NCBI GenBank assembly: GCA_009380075.1
Contig: WHSO01000003.1
Coordinates: forward strand, 4,724 to 68,723
Source of the DNA: Alphaproteobacteria bacterium
Lineage (GTDB): Bacteria; Pseudomonadota; Alphaproteobacteria; SMXQ01
Direction: 5' to 3'
DNA: 64,000 nt
Both the position numbers and the translations under genes were made by a program. Numbering within the stretch: the first letter of the stretch is position 1; each line of letters opens with the position of its first letter. Shown here piece by piece: positions 40,518-50,182 of the stretch. Below the pieces are notes generated by a model, which saw nothing but the letters and a program-made list of their open reading frames with translations, made no database searches and had not been told where the DNA came from.

Positions 40518-41453
40518 ATGAGGACGATCCGTCTGGCCTACCGGGACGACGACCGGACGCCGGTCATTTTCTGCATCAAGGAAATGGCGCGGCGGCACTA
40601 CGACGTCGATATCGACGTCGTCAAGATCAAGGGAACCGAAGAGTACGAAGCGGCGCTCTTCGACGGTGCCTGCGACGTCATCATCGAGCACCTGGAATAT
40701 CTTTTCGACGAGGCCACCAAGGGCCGGAAGATCACCATGTTTTCGGCGCCAAGCACAGGTGGCGGCCTGCAGCTGGTGGTGCCCTCGGGTGTCAGGGATG
40801 TGGCGGATCTGAGGGGTGGGACCATGGCCGTGCGCTCGTCGGGGCAGCCTCACGCGGTCACGCTCTGGCTCCGGATGATGGGCCTCGAAAGAGATGTGAA
40901 GACGGTGATCGTCAAGGACAGCGAGGTCGGACGCTGGGGCCAATGGAAGAAGGTCCTGTCCGGGAAATGCGTCGCCGCCTTCATGTCGCCGCTCTATATC
41001 CCCGAGGCCCTGAAAGGCGGGTTGAAGGTCCTCGTCGTCCCGGACGTGCCGATCGTCGGGCATTTCGCGCAGGCATGCCTGTCGCGTTTTTCCGAGGAGA
41101 ATCCCGAACTGTTGAAGGATTACGTGCGCGCCGGCATTCACGCAGTCTGCCTCATGCTGCTCGACCGTCCGCGCGCTCTCGCTATATGCTCGGGCGAACC
41201 GATGAAGCGTCTCGGCATTGCGGACAGGGATGAGCTCGAGCGGCAGTTCGATTCGATCGTCAGTTCGCTGAAGGCGAGGCCCTATCCCACGCCCCAGGCC
41301 ATCGCCAACAGCTACGAAATCGCCACGCTGGACTATCCCGCCGCCGCGGGAATGAACCCGATGTGCCTGTGGAATCTGCGCTGGGTGAAGGAGCTCGACG
41401 ACGAAGGGTTCATCGACAGGCTGGTCGAGAAACTGTCAAAAAAACATCGATAG
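40518..41453 (+). CDS. NMT1/THI5-like (class II periplasmic-binding fold) protein lacking a signal peptide
   Basis: LVVPSGVRDVADLRGGTMAVRSSG, WLRMMGLE, LSGKCVAAFMSP and RPYPTPQAIAN resemble SsuA/NMT1 proteins; the N-terminus is hydrophilic. Confidence 0.65.
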   Translation: MRTIRLAYRDDDRTPVIFCIKEMARRHYDVDIDVVKIKGTEEYEAALFDGACDVIIEHLEYLFDEATKGRKITMFSAPSTGGGLQLVVPSGVRDVADLRGGTMAVRSSGQPHAVTLWLRMMGLERDVKTVIVKDSEVGRWGQWKKVLSGKCVAAFMSPLYIPEALKGGLKVLVVPDVPIVGHFAQACLSRFSEENPELLKDYVRAGIHAVCLMLLDRPRALAICSGEPMKRLGIADRDELERQFDSIVSSLKARPYPTPQAIANSYEIATLDYPAAAGMNPMCLWNLRWVKELDDEGFIDRLVEKLSKKHR

Positions 41454-41471
41454 GGTTAGGGAGGAATTGTC

Positions 41472-42635
41472 ATGCGCAACGGCTACAAGGTCTACGATGC
41501 GGATACGCATATCCGTCCCTCCGCCGAATCCCTGCGGCCATACCTGTCGGACAGGATCCTGCAAGGGATCCCCGATCTCGATGAGAATCGCGAGGAGATT
41601 CACGTCGGCATGGCGGGGGAGAAACGGGAGCCTCCGTACCGCCACTGGTACCGCTTCCGGTGGAACGAGGGCTGGAGCAAGTCGCCGCCGCGCTTTCTCG
41701 GCGAGGCGGGGCCGCGCAAGGACGCCAGGCGGCACTTCCAGACCTTCATGGGCGTAAAATTTCCGACCGAAGGCGGCGGGGACTACGATCCGGCTGTGCG
41801 GCTGCGCGACATGGATACCGAAGGCGTCGACGTGCATTTCATCGTGCATACCTGCAACATCGGCCACCCGGATACGGACATGGAGATGGAGTTCGTCTAT
41901 GCTCAGCACCGTTTTCTGAACGATTTCTGCGGTCGCGATCCACACCGCCTCAAGACCTGCATCATCGTGAGCCCGCTGTCGGTCGAAGGATCGGTGGCGG
42001 AAATCAGGCGCTGGGGCGCAAGCCCGTGGGCCGTCGCCGTGCAGCCCAAGTTGCCGATCGACTACCCCATCGACCATCCGGACCTGCATCCGATCTGGGC
42101 GGCGGCGCAGGAGGCCGGGCTCTGCGTCATCCATCACAGCCTGTCCTCGGGCTACCCCGGCTATCGGGATCTCTGGGGCAATCCGTTCATCGGGCGCTGC
42201 GCAAGCCACCCGTGGGCCGCCATGCGGGCGGTGGCGGCGTTCTTCGGTGCGGGCCTCATGGACCGCTACCCGAAGCTTCGCTACGGCATCCTCGAATCGG
42301 GGTTCGGCTGGCTGCCGTTCTGGTCCCGGCGCATGGACGACCAGGTCGTCTACCTCGGCTACGTCGCGGACGACCTTCAGAAGAAGATGAGCGAGTATCT
42401 GACCGACGGGCGGTTCTTCGCCGCGATCGAGCAGCATGAGGGCGCCGACATGGCCAAGCATTTCAACGACTTCATGGGCGATCACCTGCTCATGTTCGGG
42501 TCCGATTATCCGCATGCCGAATCGCGCTTTCCCGAATCTGCCGACCGTGTCTTGAAATGGGAGCAGGCCATCGGACGCGAGGCCATGACCAAGCTGATGT
42601 GGGACAACGCCGTACGCTTCTTCGGCGAACCCTAG
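41472..42635 (+). CDS. Amidohydrolase family 2 protein, close paralog of 1210-2370
   Basis: DADTH, HH, LESGFGWLPFW, FGSDYPHAESRFP. Confidence 0.87.
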   Translation: MRNGYKVYDADTHIRPSAESLRPYLSDRILQGIPDLDENREEIHVGMAGEKREPPYRHWYRFRWNEGWSKSPPRFLGEAGPRKDARRHFQTFMGVKFPTEGGGDYDPAVRLRDMDTEGVDVHFIVHTCNIGHPDTDMEMEFVYAQHRFLNDFCGRDPHRLKTCIIVSPLSVEGSVAEIRRWGASPWAVAVQPKLPIDYPIDHPDLHPIWAAAQEAGLCVIHHSLSSGYPGYRDLWGNPFIGRCASHPWAAMRAVAAFFGAGLMDRYPKLRYGILESGFGWLPFWSRRMDDQVVYLGYVADDLQKKMSEYLTDGRFFAAIEQHEGADMAKHFNDFMGDHLLMFGSDYPHAESRFPESADRVLKWEQAIGREAMTKLMWDNAVRFFGEP

Positions 42636-42655
42636 CGTCGGCAGGGGAGGGCGGC

Positions 42656-43873
42656 ATGTCGGCCTCGGGGAAGAAGACGGTGCTCGGCGTCGGCATCGTC
42701 GGGCTCGGCGGTGCCGCGGTTGGCATGATACCCGGCTTTCTCCGCAACCCCCGCTACCGGCTGGCCGCCGCGGCGGACCTCGACCGCACGGTGCTCGACC
42801 GCTTTGCCGCGGATTTCGACGGCGCGCGCACGTATACGGAGGTTGCGGCGCTCTGCGCCGATCCGAACGTGGACCTGGTCTATATCGGAACGCCCAATCG
42901 CCTGCACAGCGAACACGCGCTGATCGCGCTCGAGCATGGCAAGCACGTTCTGACTGAAAAGCCTATGGCAGTTACGCTGGAAGACGCGGATCGCATGATC
43001 GAGACGGCGGACCGCAATGGCGTTCTCCTCGGCGTCAACGTCAAGCACAGTTTCGAGCCGCGCATCCGCAGGATCCGGGAGTTCGTCACCAGCGGGGAGC
43101 TCGGCGCGCTGCGCATGATCAACAGCTGGCGCTACGTCGACTGGCTCTATCGTCCGCGAACGACGGCGGAACTGACACCGGGATGGGGCAACGGCATCCT
43201 CTGGCGGCAGGGACCGCACCAACTCGACATCATCCGCACCATCGGCGGCGGCAAGGTGCGGAGCGTGCGCGGGACGACGGGAACCTGGGGCCCGGCGCGC
43301 CGCGTGCCGGGAACGTTCTGCGTGTATTTCGAGTTCGAGGACGGCGCCTGCGGCACGGCCGTCTGCGCCAGCTACAACCATTTCGATTCCCGCGCCTTCG
43401 TCTATGGCTTCGATGGCGATACGCCGCTCGTCGATGCCGGACGACATGCCAAGGCGCGACGGGAGTTGACGGAACATGCCGGCGATCCGGCCTGGGAAAA
43501 TGCTGCGGCCGGCGCGGAACGCTACGGCGGGGGGCGCGAGAGCACGGCGGCCTCCCACGTTGCCGGACAGTCGCGCGGCTGGATTCTCGGGGGACCCCTG
43601 ATTGCGAGCTTCGACCGCGGCGACGTGCGCCTTTCGCCCAAGGGACTGGTCGTCGATGGCGACGAACGCCAGTGGGAAATTATCTTTCCGCCCGGCCGCA
43701 ACGGCGTCGATGGCCGCCTCGACAGTTTCTATGAAGCGATGGTCCACGGGCGGCCGCTCATGGCCGATGGGCGCTGGGGCAAGGCGACCCAGGAAATGCT
43801 GATCGCGGTCGAACGCTCGGCCGAAACGCGCAGCGAGATTCGCCTGGCCCACCAGATCGCGGCCGTCGACTAG
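42656..43873 (+). CDS. Gfo/Idh/MocA oxidoreductase resembling phthalate 4,5-cis-dihydrodiol dehydrogenase (OphB/Pht4 type)
   Basis: GIVGLGG, HVLTEKPMA, DWLYRPR..EL, QGPHQLDIIRTIGGGKVRSV, NHFDS. ATG at 42656 follows GGGAGG. Confidence 0.8.
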   Translation: MSASGKKTVLGVGIVGLGGAAVGMIPGFLRNPRYRLAAAADLDRTVLDRFAADFDGARTYTEVAALCADPNVDLVYIGTPNRLHSEHALIALEHGKHVLTEKPMAVTLEDADRMIETADRNGVLLGVNVKHSFEPRIRRIREFVTSGELGALRMINSWRYVDWLYRPRTTAELTPGWGNGILWRQGPHQLDIIRTIGGGKVRSVRGTTGTWGPARRVPGTFCVYFEFEDGACGTAVCASYNHFDSRAFVYGFDGDTPLVDAGRHAKARRELTEHAGDPAWENAAAGAERYGGGRESTAASHVAGQSRGWILGGPLIASFDRGDVRLSPKGLVVDGDERQWEIIFPPGRNGVDGRLDSFYEAMVHGRPLMADGRWGKATQEMLIAVERSAETRSEIRLAHQIAAVD

Positions 43874-44991
43874 TCACCCTCATCGCCGTAGGTCCACCGG
43901 TAATCCCGGTTCTCGTAGCATTCGTGCGGCATCTGGCTCTTGTGGCCGTTCTTTTCGCACTCTTCCTCGAACTTCCGGCGGATATAGGCATCTTCGTCCG
44001 GGTATTCGATCTGGCGCTCGGCGCGGTCGGCGAGGGTCTCGCCCTTGCCCCGGAACTGCGGCAGGGGGCCGAGCGCGAGATAGCGCGCTGCGGTCGTACC
44101 GGTGTTGAAATGCTGGTGGTACCAGTCTTCCGGCGGGACGAAGACCGTCGCCTCGCGCCACGGGCAGACGATTTTCTCGCCGCCCTTCTTCCACAAGAGC
44201 GAAAAGCCCTCGCCGGCGGGAATGACGATGACCCGCCCGGGGCCGTGCCGGTGGCCCTTCTTGTACAAGCCGGGACTGAAGACCGACATGTGGGCGCCCA
44301 TTTCGGCATCCGGGAAGCGCATGAAGATGGCCGTGCCGCCGGCGCCGCGATCGCGAAAGGCGTTGAGCCGGTCCCAGTGGCCGAGGTCGGGGAAGAAATT
44401 GCCGATCCAGTAGACGCCAATGGCCGGCGCGTTCTCCCGGTCGTCCCTGATTTCCTGCGGCTCGCTGTAGAGCTCGTCGTCGTCGCGCAGCAACGGCCCT
44501 CCCTGGTACGGGTTGTTGAAGAAGAAATCGGGATCGGGCACCACCGACATCGCCACCGGCAGGTAATTGTAGTGCAACAGTCGCGCTGGCCTGTCGCCAC
44601 TCGCGTTGTAGATCTGGTGGTGCAGGTGGCGCGGTAGATGGAACAGGCTTTTCTCGTCCCATTCGAAGGTCCGGCGCTCGCCGCCGCGTTCGTTCCAGAC
44701 TGCGGTCAGGCCCTGGCCTTCCAGTACGTAGACCAGTTCGCCGATGGGCATCTTCATCGGCGGAATCGCCTTGCCCGGCGGCAGTTCGACGATGCGCGCT
44801 TCCGACACGCCCTCCATGCCCTTGAGATGCAGGAACGCGGCATGGACCTGGCGGTCGTCCCACCATCCGAGGTCGATGGATTTGAGGTCCGCCACGTGAT
44901 GGCCTTCGTAGATGGGGATGCCGATAGATTCCATCCATTTCTCGTACGGCATCTTGCGCCGCTTTTTCTTCCTTGGTTGTGCGGGTTTCAT
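43870..44991 (-). CDS. Bicupin protein (gentisate 1,2-dioxygenase-like fold)
   Basis: ELVYVLEGQG...HHQIYN, then YKKGHRHGPG...VPPEDWYHQHFN. True start is ATG 44991 after GGAGG; the longer ORF upstream is an alternate frame of tctAB. Confidence 0.78.
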   Translation of the reverse strand: MKPAQPRKKKRRKMPYEKWMESIGIPIYEGHHVADLKSIDLGWWDDRQVHAAFLHLKGMEGVSEARIVELPPGKAIPPMKMPIGELVYVLEGQGLTAVWNERGGERRTFEWDEKSLFHLPRHLHHQIYNASGDRPARLLHYNYLPVAMSVVPDPDFFFNNPYQGGPLLRDDDELYSEPQEIRDDRENAPAIGVYWIGNFFPDLGHWDRLNAFRDRGAGGTAIFMRFPDAEMGAHMSVFSPGLYKKGHRHGPGRVIVIPAGEGFSLLWKKGGEKIVCPWREATVFVPPEDWYHQHFNTGTTAARYLALGPLPQFRGKGETLADRAERQIEYPDEDAYIRRKFEEECEKNGHKSQMPHECYENRDYRWTYGDEGD

Positions 44992-45011
44992 ATGTTCCTC
45001 CGGCGGACCTG

Positions 45012-46994
45012 TTACGACAACGTGTCCTGTAGCCACTGCCACAGGACGGGTTCGGGCCAGATCATGCTCATCACGTGATCGAAGAACCCAAAGATGGCGG
45101 CGGCAATGATTCCGCCGGTGAGGATACCCCAGGCCCACGGGCGCCGCCCCGTCATCAGCGCCGCGGGCGACACTGCCGCCAGGGCGATCGCGGCGTATTG
45201 CAGTCCGACCAGCGCGGCGAGGACGACGAACAGCAGCAGCAACCCGCCGAGTATCAGCGCCGACCGCCCGCGCCCTTCGACACCGGCGCTGAGCATGCCG
45301 AGGTCGAGAACGTCGCCCACGCCACGCTGCCAGCCGTTGAGGACAATCTGCGCCAGCGCAAGGCCGATCACCAGAATGCCGAGGCCGAGGGGAAAACTCG
45401 CGGCCTTGGGCTCGAGTCCAACCGCCCGCCAGATGAACCAGGCCGCGATGGCGATGAAGAACGTAGGGAAGAGATTCTGCCAGGTCCAGCGCCATCGTTC
45501 GCGAACGGCCGTCGTGGCGGGTTCGCTGTCCATGCCTGTCCTGAGACGGGCAAAGAAGATAGCGATGGCGACGGCGAGCACCAGCAGGGCGATGGTCAAG
45601 GGCCGCTGGAGCATGCCGTCGACACCATAAAGGGAGATCGCCGAAAGCAGGTTCTCCTCGACGATGCCGCCAAGGATGAAGCCGAGGATCAGCGGCGGCC
45701 GCGGCCAGCGATACTGCTTCATCAGAAGGCCGAGCACGGCGAAGGCCAGCACGATCGGGATGGCGGTCCAGTGGCGGGTTTCCTGAAACGCCGACAACAG
45801 CGCCAGAGGAATGATGACCGCACCCAGCAGCGGGTAGGGCACGCGGGTCAGTTTCGCCAGCTGTCCCGACCACAGGATTCCAATGATCGCGAGCGCGGCA
45901 TTGCCCATGACCATGCTGACGACGATCAGGGTGACGATGTCGCCGTGCTGGCTCAACATCTGGGGCCCGGGTGAAACACCGTAGGCGAGCATGGCGATGA
46001 GCACGAACACCCAGCTCTGTCCCCCGGGCAGGCCGAGGGCGAGTGTGGGGATTGCCTGCCCCCCTTCCTTGGCGCTTTGCACCGATTCCGAGAACACCAG
46101 CCCCTTGTAGGAACCCTTGCCGAAGTGATGGCGGTTCTTCGCCAGTGAAATGCCGATGCCATAGGACAGCCAGGACACGACCCGCGAACCCACGCCGGGG
46201 ATCGCGCCGAGGAACACACCAAGGATGGAGTGGCGCAGGACCAGTTGCCAATACCGGAAGGCGAGACCGACCCCGCGAAACACCTCGCGCGTACGCAGGT
46301 TTTCCGCACGCCCGGCGATGGCCTTGCGGGTCATCGTCAGGTCGAACATCTCCGGCAGCGCGAACAGGCCGATGGCCGTGGCGATGATCGGCAGCCCCTC
46401 GCGCAGTTGCAGGGAGCCGAAAGTGAAGCGTTCCTCCCCGGTAAAGACGCTGAGCCCGATGGTCGACAGCAGCATGCCGAACGCCGCCGCCAGGATGCCC
46501 TTGACCATGGCGCCGCGCGACAGCGCACCGACCATGGCGACGCCGAACAGGCCCATGGCTCCGATCTCGGCAAAGCTGAATTGCAAGATGAACGGCTTGA
46601 TGACGGGCATGACCAGCAGGAGCGCCACGGCGCCAATCAATCCGCCCATGGCAGAGACCGTGTAGACGAACCCCAGTACCCGAGCCGCGTGCCCCCGGGA
46701 GGACAGGGGCCGGGCTTCGATGAATGTAACCTGTCCGCCGCCCGGATGGCCGAGCGCGACAATGGGCAGCACGTCAAGCATTTCCTCGACCGCGGTGATC
46801 GTCGCCAGCATGGCGATGCCGATGACAGGATCCTGAATGTTGAAAACGATGAAGGGGACCGCGAGCGCCATCAGCAGGCTCGACGACACGCCGGGCAGCA
46901 GGCCCGCCACCGCGGCCATGGCCACGGCGGTCAGGAACGCCAGCCAGTAAGTCTGGGAGCCGAGCAGTCCGAACCCGGCGAAGATCGCGTCCAT
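45012..46994 (-). CDS. tctA: TctA-TctB fusion tripartite tricarboxylate transporter permease
   Basis: AGLLPGVSS, ERFTFG, FLGAIPGVG, KEGGQAIPTLALGLPG, WPRPPLILGFILG, plus a C-terminal 4-TM TctB-like domain ending IWPEP. Confidence 0.87.
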   Translation of the reverse strand: MDAIFAGFGLLGSQTYWLAFLTAVAMAAVAGLLPGVSSSLLMALAVPFIVFNIQDPVIGIAMLATITAVEEMLDVLPIVALGHPGGGQVTFIEARPLSSRGHAARVLGFVYTVSAMGGLIGAVALLLVMPVIKPFILQFSFAEIGAMGLFGVAMVGALSRGAMVKGILAAAFGMLLSTIGLSVFTGEERFTFGSLQLREGLPIIATAIGLFALPEMFDLTMTRKAIAGRAENLRTREVFRGVGLAFRYWQLVLRHSILGVFLGAIPGVGSRVVSWLSYGIGISLAKNRHHFGKGSYKGLVFSESVQSAKEGGQAIPTLALGLPGGQSWVFVLIAMLAYGVSPGPQMLSQHGDIVTLIVVSMVMGNAALAIIGILWSGQLAKLTRVPYPLLGAVIIPLALLSAFQETRHWTAIPIVLAFAVLGLLMKQYRWPRPPLILGFILGGIVEENLLSAISLYGVDGMLQRPLTIALLVLAVAIAIFFARLRTGMDSEPATTAVRERWRWTWQNLFPTFFIAIAAWFIWRAVGLEPKAASFPLGLGILVIGLALAQIVLNGWQRGVGDVLDLGMLSAGVEGRGRSALILGGLLLLFVVLAALVGLQYAAIALAAVSPAALMTGRRPWAWGILTGGIIAAAIFGFFDHVMSMIWPEPVLWQWLQDTLS

Positions 46995-47031
46995 CTCGGT
47001 TCCGATCCGTGTCCGCCTGAGGACCGGCAAT

Positions 47032-48291
47032 CTAGCGCGACGCGGTGTCCAGCTCCTTCAGAAGGGGGCTGTATTTCGTCGTGTTGCCGCTGCGGAGGCC
47101 CTTGATGACGTTGCCCGCGGTGCCGGCGAGCTTGGCCTTTTCGACCGGCAGGTCGATGGGGGCCATGTCGGGATCGCGAAACACGTTCATCGGGTCCTTG
47201 CCGGCGGCGACGGCCTGGAGCGATTCCTCCAGCAGCTTGCGATAGAGCACGATCCCCTTGTCGGACCGGCCCAGGTTCTCGAGCGACCGGTTCGCGATCG
47301 GGCCCTGGGTGATCCAGGCGACGATATCCTGGCCACTATTGTTGTCGAGGATGTCCCACTGCGGCAGCCCGGTGTCGTCGAGCTGGGGCACAGGTGCGGA
47401 GAAAAGAGGAATCTCATCCTTGGGCTGGGGATGGAGAGGTACGCCCGATTCGGGCGTGTAGCAGCGGTACCACCAGTAGGCGGTCTGGGTATCGTCCATC
47501 GGGACGCGGATCTGGAACGCCGGCGAGGAGACACTACCGCTCTTTAAAATGTTCGGGAAGACCACGGGGTGGCCGGTCGTCCAGTCCTCGTCCGCTTCGC
47601 TGCGACCCTCCAGCACGCGGCGCTTGATGATACCGTAATCGAAGACATCGAAGCCGATCTTCTGGTGGGACTGGGGGTTGCGTATTTTCTCCGGCTTACC
47701 CAGCTTGCCCGCCACGTAATTGCGCAGATGCTGGTGCAGCCATTCGACATGGATGGGATCGAGGGAATTTTCCATGATCTGCAGCCAGTTGCACGGCACC
47801 ACGGCGTAGCCGATCTCACGCATGACGTCCTTCGCGACGAAAAGGTCGTAGGGCGGCAGGACGGGGACCGGATCGGGCCCCATGTACGCGAACAGCATGC
47901 CGCCCGATTCCGCTATCTTGTAGGCTGGCGTCCTGATCCGGTCCTTGAACCGTCCTTCGGGGTTTTCCGTGTCTTCATACGGCTGTTCGATGCAGGCGCC
48001 GGTCTTGTCGAAGTGCCAGCCATGATAGGCGCAGCGCAGGCCGCATTCGGTCGGGATGCCGTAGACGAGCGACATGCTGCGATGGGGACAGCGCGCCGCG
48101 ATCAGTCCATAGGCCCCGGACAGGTCACGATAGAGCACCAGATCCTCGCCAAGCAGGCGGACGGGGAGCGTGTCGCGGTTCTTCATCTGAGCGTGCGTCG
48201 CGATCGGGTACCAGTAACGCCGCAGCAGGTCGCCCATCGGCGTGCCTGATCCCACCCGGGTCAAACGTTCATTCTGTTCCGAAGACAGCAT
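47032..48291 (-). CDS. Rieske non-heme iron oxygenase alpha subunit, phthalate 4,5-dioxygenase / LigX-like clade
   Basis: LTRVGSGTPMGDLLRRYWYP, CPHR...CAYHGW Rieske motif, NWLQIMENSLDPIHVEWLH, QDIVAW...NRSLENLGRSDKGI. Confidence 0.88.
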   Translation of the reverse strand: MLSSEQNERLTRVGSGTPMGDLLRRYWYPIATHAQMKNRDTLPVRLLGEDLVLYRDLSGAYGLIAARCPHRSMSLVYGIPTECGLRCAYHGWHFDKTGACIEQPYEDTENPEGRFKDRIRTPAYKIAESGGMLFAYMGPDPVPVLPPYDLFVAKDVMREIGYAVVPCNWLQIMENSLDPIHVEWLHQHLRNYVAGKLGKPEKIRNPQSHQKIGFDVFDYGIIKRRVLEGRSEADEDWTTGHPVVFPNILKSGSVSSPAFQIRVPMDDTQTAYWWYRCYTPESGVPLHPQPKDEIPLFSAPVPQLDDTGLPQWDILDNNSGQDIVAWITQGPIANRSLENLGRSDKGIVLYRKLLEESLQAVAAGKDPMNVFRDPDMAPIDLPVEKAKLAGTAGNVIKGLRSGNTTKYSPLLKELDTASR

Positions 48292-48900
48292 CGATTCCCT
48301 CCCTGTATTATCCCGCGGACATTGCCGCGATTCTTCTGGCGACGCATGAATGCTCCGTCTGGTGGAACACTCCCATGTATAATATTCTACTTCAATCCTT
48401 CCGGCCGCACCTGTCAATCGACATGCCCGCCCTTGGTTTGCACCGGGTTCATCCGTGATTCCTGTATCGGGGATGGATGGACGGGATATTTCTCCGAAGC
48501 TCCCTTCAAATGGTAGGACCACGTGCGAGAGCGAGATTGTGATGGCGAAATTTCGTTGCTTTACTGTATCCTGTTGGGCTGGAGCGAAACGCGCCGAAAG
48601 ACTGTTTTTCCGGGCTCAAACGGATCTTTTTCCGCTCGCGCCATCAACCGCAAGCACGTCAGTGATCAACGCCGTCAGGAAGCTGGGACGCAGGACACGT
48701 GTTCCGGAAGGCTGGCGGACTCCGGTATAAAGTCCGAAACACAGAATATGACATGGGAGACTCCGTCAAATCGTGTTCGTCCGAACTGCAATAGTGAATC
48801 CCTGCGGCACATGTCCGCTTCAGTGCGACGTGCGTGAGATTTTCCATCGGGGGTCCTTCCCGGCCGGTGCTTTCCCATTCGCCAGCGTCCAGGAGTCCCC

Positions 48901-50136
48901 ATGCTGAAGTCCCTCACCGACGGTGGCATCGCGCGGGCTCTGCGTCACCGCAACTATCGCAATTACGTCGGCGGCGACGGAATCTCCCTGATCGGCAACT
49001 GGGTGCAGCGGGTGGCCATCGGCTGGCTGACTTGGGAATTGACCCATTCGGGCCTGTGGCTTGGCATCGTAGCCATGGCGGAACTGTTCCCGTCGATCTT
49101 CTGCGCGCTGTTGGGCGGTGCGCTCGCCGACAAGCATGACCGTCGCATGATCGCGATATGGGCGGAAGTCCTCTTGCTGCTGCAGGCGCTTGCCCTCGCG
49201 CTTCTGACCTGGACGGGGCTGATCGATATCTGGTGGCTTGTTTTCCTCACCGTACTGCGCGGCGTGTTCAACGCCGGCAGTCATCCGGCGCGGCAGGCAC
49301 TGGTGCCGAGCCTGGTTCCGCCTGCCGACCTGTCGAGCGCGATTGCCTTCAATTCCGTGGTCTTCAACATCGCGCGCTTCATCGGCCCCGTCGTATCGGG
49401 ACTCATCATCGCACATCTCGGCATCGCCAGTGCCTTCGCCTATAACGCCGCGTCGTTCCTGGTGTTCATCCTGGTACTCCTGCGCATGCAGATGCCCTAC
49501 ATCGAACAGTTTACGCGCAAGCACCAGTCCCTCTACGCGCAGATGGCCGAAGGCCTTCGCTATATTGCCGGGCACGCCGGCATCGGGCCGATGCTGTTGC
49601 TCCTTACGCTGACATCGGTGCTGGTGCGGCCGCTCGCCGACCTGCTGCCGGGTTACGCCGGCGCCGTGTTCGAATCGGGGGCGACGGGCCTTGCCTGGCT
49701 GACCTCGGCCATGGGTTTGGGGTCCATGGTTGCCGCCTTCGGCATCGCGCAGCGTGGGCGTGTCGGAGGACTCACCCGCCTCGCCGTCGCCAATGCTGGC
49801 ATCATGGCCGTCGCCGCGATGGCCTTTGCTTTTGCCCCGAGCTTCTGGCTGGCTTTGGTCCTTCTCGCCGTCGCCAGCTATGGCATCACGGTAACAGGTG
49901 TCAGCGGACAGGCGCTGATCCAGAGCGCGGTGTCCGGCGAGTTGCGCGGCCGGGTCATCAGCATCTACGGCATGATCTTTCGCGCCGCCCCGGGATCGGG
50001 CGCGCTGGTGATCGGCGCCCTGTCAGAACGATTCGGCTGGCACTGGCCGCTCGCGATCAGCGCGCTCTTGTGCCTCGGGGTCTGGTTATGGGCACGGCGG
50101 CGCCTCAGGCGCATGTCGGCGGCTCTGGAATCCTGA
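48901..50136 (+). CDS. MFS transporter (EntS/DUF894-like)
   Basis: RALRHRNYR, GGALADKHDRR, SAIAFNSVVFNIARFIGP, ELRGRVISIY; 12 TM segments. Confidence 0.88.
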   Translation: MLKSLTDGGIARALRHRNYRNYVGGDGISLIGNWVQRVAIGWLTWELTHSGLWLGIVAMAELFPSIFCALLGGALADKHDRRMIAIWAEVLLLLQALALALLTWTGLIDIWWLVFLTVLRGVFNAGSHPARQALVPSLVPPADLSSAIAFNSVVFNIARFIGPVVSGLIIAHLGIASAFAYNAASFLVFILVLLRMQMPYIEQFTRKHQSLYAQMAEGLRYIAGHAGIGPMLLLLTLTSVLVRPLADLLPGYAGAVFESGATGLAWLTSAMGLGSMVAAFGIAQRGRVGGLTRLAVANAGIMAVAAMAFAFAPSFWLALVLLAVASYGITVTGVSGQALIQSAVSGELRGRVISIYGMIFRAAPGSGALVIGALSERFGWHWPLAISALLCLGVWLWARRRLRRMSAALES

Positions 50137-50182
50137 GGCGATGCCCGGTCCCGGATTCTCCCGCCACGCGCCGTCCGGCGGC

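Noticed and set aside
44992-46251. 793-aa ORF suggesting a long N-terminal extension of the cupin
   Set aside because: The upstream part is an alternate frame of the TctA-TctB gene; the cupin has its own RBS and ATG at 44991.
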